Shown here: piece by piece, positions 54,951 through 56,245 of the stretch
Layout: each line of letters opens with the position of its first letter
Numbering within the stretch: position 1 is the stretch's first letter
Assembly (NCBI GenBank): GCA_003559495.1
Contig: PWLE01000009.1
Coordinates: 1-56,245 of the forward strand
Source: Mollicutes bacterium
GTDB lineage: Bacteria; Bacillota_I; Bacilli_A; RF39; UBA660
Length of the DNA stretch: 56,245 bases
Reading direction: 5' to 3'
Made by a program: the position numbers and the translations under genes
The notes under the pieces: generated by a model
Seen by the model: only the letters and a program-made list of their open reading frames with translations
Database searches by the model: none
What the model was told of the DNA's origin: nothing

Positions 54951-55544
54951 CTAGTCTTCGCTAATAATTAATCGTTCTATTTTATCATGTACTTCTGCTC
55001 GTCCTAATTTAGTTACATTGGAAAACAATAATAATTCATCACCAACCACTAAATCCAACTCGTCAATAATAAACTGCCTTTGCTTAACGCGATTTGTCGC
55101 ACTAACCTTATCAGCTTTTGTTGCCACTACTGTAACCGATAAATTATGATGCTTTAAAAAACGATACATTAAAACATCATCCGGTGTTGGTTTATGACGC
55201 AAATCAACTAACATAAAAACATGTTTTAAGTTTTTGCGATCAGTTAAATAATTTTCCATCATTAAACCAAATTTTTTCTTTTGTTTTTTAGAAACCCGAG
55301 CATAACCATATCCCGGAGCATCGACAATAAAAAATTGATTATTAACATTATAAAAATTTATTGTTTGTGTCTTGCCCGGATCAGATGATATGCGAGCATA
55401 ATTTTTTCGACGAATGATAGTATTTATAAAACTACTTTTACCGACATTAGAACGTCCAACTAACAAAAATTCTGGAAAACTGCTTTCTGGATATTGACTA
55501 CAGCGAACAGCACTAATAGTTAAAGTAACTGATTTTATTTCCAT
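54951..55544 (-). CDS. engB: Ribosome biogenesis GTP-binding protein EngB/YsxC
   Basis: GRSNVGKSSFIN, DAPGYGYA, TKADK motifs. Confidence 0.9.
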   Translation of the reverse strand: MEIKSVTLTISAVRCSQYPESSFPEFLLVGRSNVGKSSFINTIIRRKNYARISSDPGKTQTINFYNVNNQFFIVDAPGYGYARVSKKQKKKFGLMMENYLTDRKNLKHVFMLVDLRHKPTPDDVLMYRFLKHHNLSVTVVATKADKVSATNRVKQRQFIIDELDLVVGDELLLFSNVTKLGRAEVHDKIERLIISED

Positions 55545-55574
55545 AATCCCACCTTTTCATTTGCAACGCTTAAA

Positions 55575-55603
55575 ATTATAGCACTTATAGTTCATAAAGT
55601 CAA
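55575..55603 (-). promoter_or_regulatory. engB promoter TTGACT-17-(TGc)TATAAT
   Basis: -35 at 55598..55603, -10 at 55575..55580. Confidence 0.55.
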
Positions 55604-55605
55604 AG

Positions 55606-56245
55606 CTAAATGCGCAGATGACGTTGAACAGCACGCCAACTGCCAAACATACCAACAACCACACCAATAATTAACAAAACTCCCGAAATCTGATAAACAA
55701 ATGGTTCTGGTGAAACTAATGTTACAATTGGCATTATCATCGATAAATCATAAGTATATAAGCTATTATAAGCATAAATTGTAATCGCAATTGGAATAAT
55801 CGCCCCTAAAACTCCTAAAAATAACCCTTCAAAAACAAACGGAATTTTTATATTTAAATTTGAAGCCCCCACTAATCGCATAATTTCAATTTCCCGGCGA
55901 CGAGAAAAAATAGTAATTTTAATAGTATTAGAAATTAGAAATGCCGTTACTAAAATTAATGCGACAACAGCAACAACACTTGCTGTTTGCACAATTTCAA
56001 AAACACCAAATAACTGTTCAACCATGCCGCGACCATAATTAGTAGCAGCAACGCCTTCAATATCTCCTATTTCATCAGCAGTCTTGCCAATTTCCTCATT
56101 ATCATTCACACGAACAATAAATGTGTCTTGCAAAGGAATTTCATCTTCATCCCAGCCTTCCATAATAACAGCAAAAACTTCTGAATCAGCCATATATTCC
56201 TCAGCAATAGCAACCCGCGATTTAAATTCTAATGTTGCAACATTA
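55606..56245 (-). CDS. ftsX: Cell-division ABC permease FtsX (C-terminal part; the 5' end lies beyond the window)
   Basis: Extracellular domain followed by the FtsX TM bundle (ISNTIKITIFSRRREIEIMRLVGAS); the reading frame stays open to the window edge. Confidence 0.8.
   Translation of the reverse strand, partial: NVATLEFKSRVAIAEEYMADSEVFAVIMEGWDEDEIPLQDTFIVRVNDNEEIGKTADEIGDIEGVAATNYGRGMVEQLFGVFEIVQTASVVAVVALILVTAFLISNTIKITIFSRRREIEIMRLVGASNLNIKIPFVFEGLFLGVLGAIIPIAITIYAYNSLYTYDLSMIMPIVTLVSPEPFVYQISGVLLIIGVVVGMFGSWRAVQRHLRI

Overview
This is a 56.2-kb, very AT-rich chromosomal window from a low-GC Bacillota-type genome (Bacilli / Erysipelotrichia / Mollicutes-related lineage). It uses the standard genetic code: TAA, TGA and TAG all close recognisable genes. 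All calls rest on motif recognition by eye; no database search was run. Gene orientation is extremely polarised. Apart from the first two genes, prsA and pyrG, every gene is on the minus strand. The left 2.1 kb is the right-hand end of an integrated element, cut by the window edge: an HTH regulator followed by a tyrosine integrase pointing at the 3' end of tRNA-Arg(TCT). The rest is mostly conserved core genome in Bacillus-like synteny blocks:
- rplU-prp-rpmA-obg
- rlmN-prpC-prkC-rsgA-rpe
- rimM-trmD-rplS-lepB-rbgA-rlmB-sigH-like
- gatCAB and der-queH
- uvrA, recG, pyrG and PFOR

Interspersed are envelope and accessory genes:
- a membrane-anchored serpin
- a membrane SNase-type nuclease
- a sortase-B plus IPETG surface-protein cassette
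- an LtaS / YihY / degenerate-GGDEF receptor cluster
- several small, acidic, membrane-anchored proteins of unknown function

I did not recognise a clear novel multi-gene system such as a defence island. The most notable observations are:
- a single in-frame TAG splitting the essential GTPase gene der
- two promoter-plus-terminator-bounded candidate small or leader RNAs of about 95 nt
- a truncated MurC-like protein with degenerate catalytic motifs
- a possibly leaderless recX whose promoter spacer is a perfect palindrome
- a tRNA-Val embedded between coding genes
- the tRNA-Arg / integrase junction with tandem 11-mers

Coordinates of short motifs may be off by 1-2 nt because they were counted by hand.
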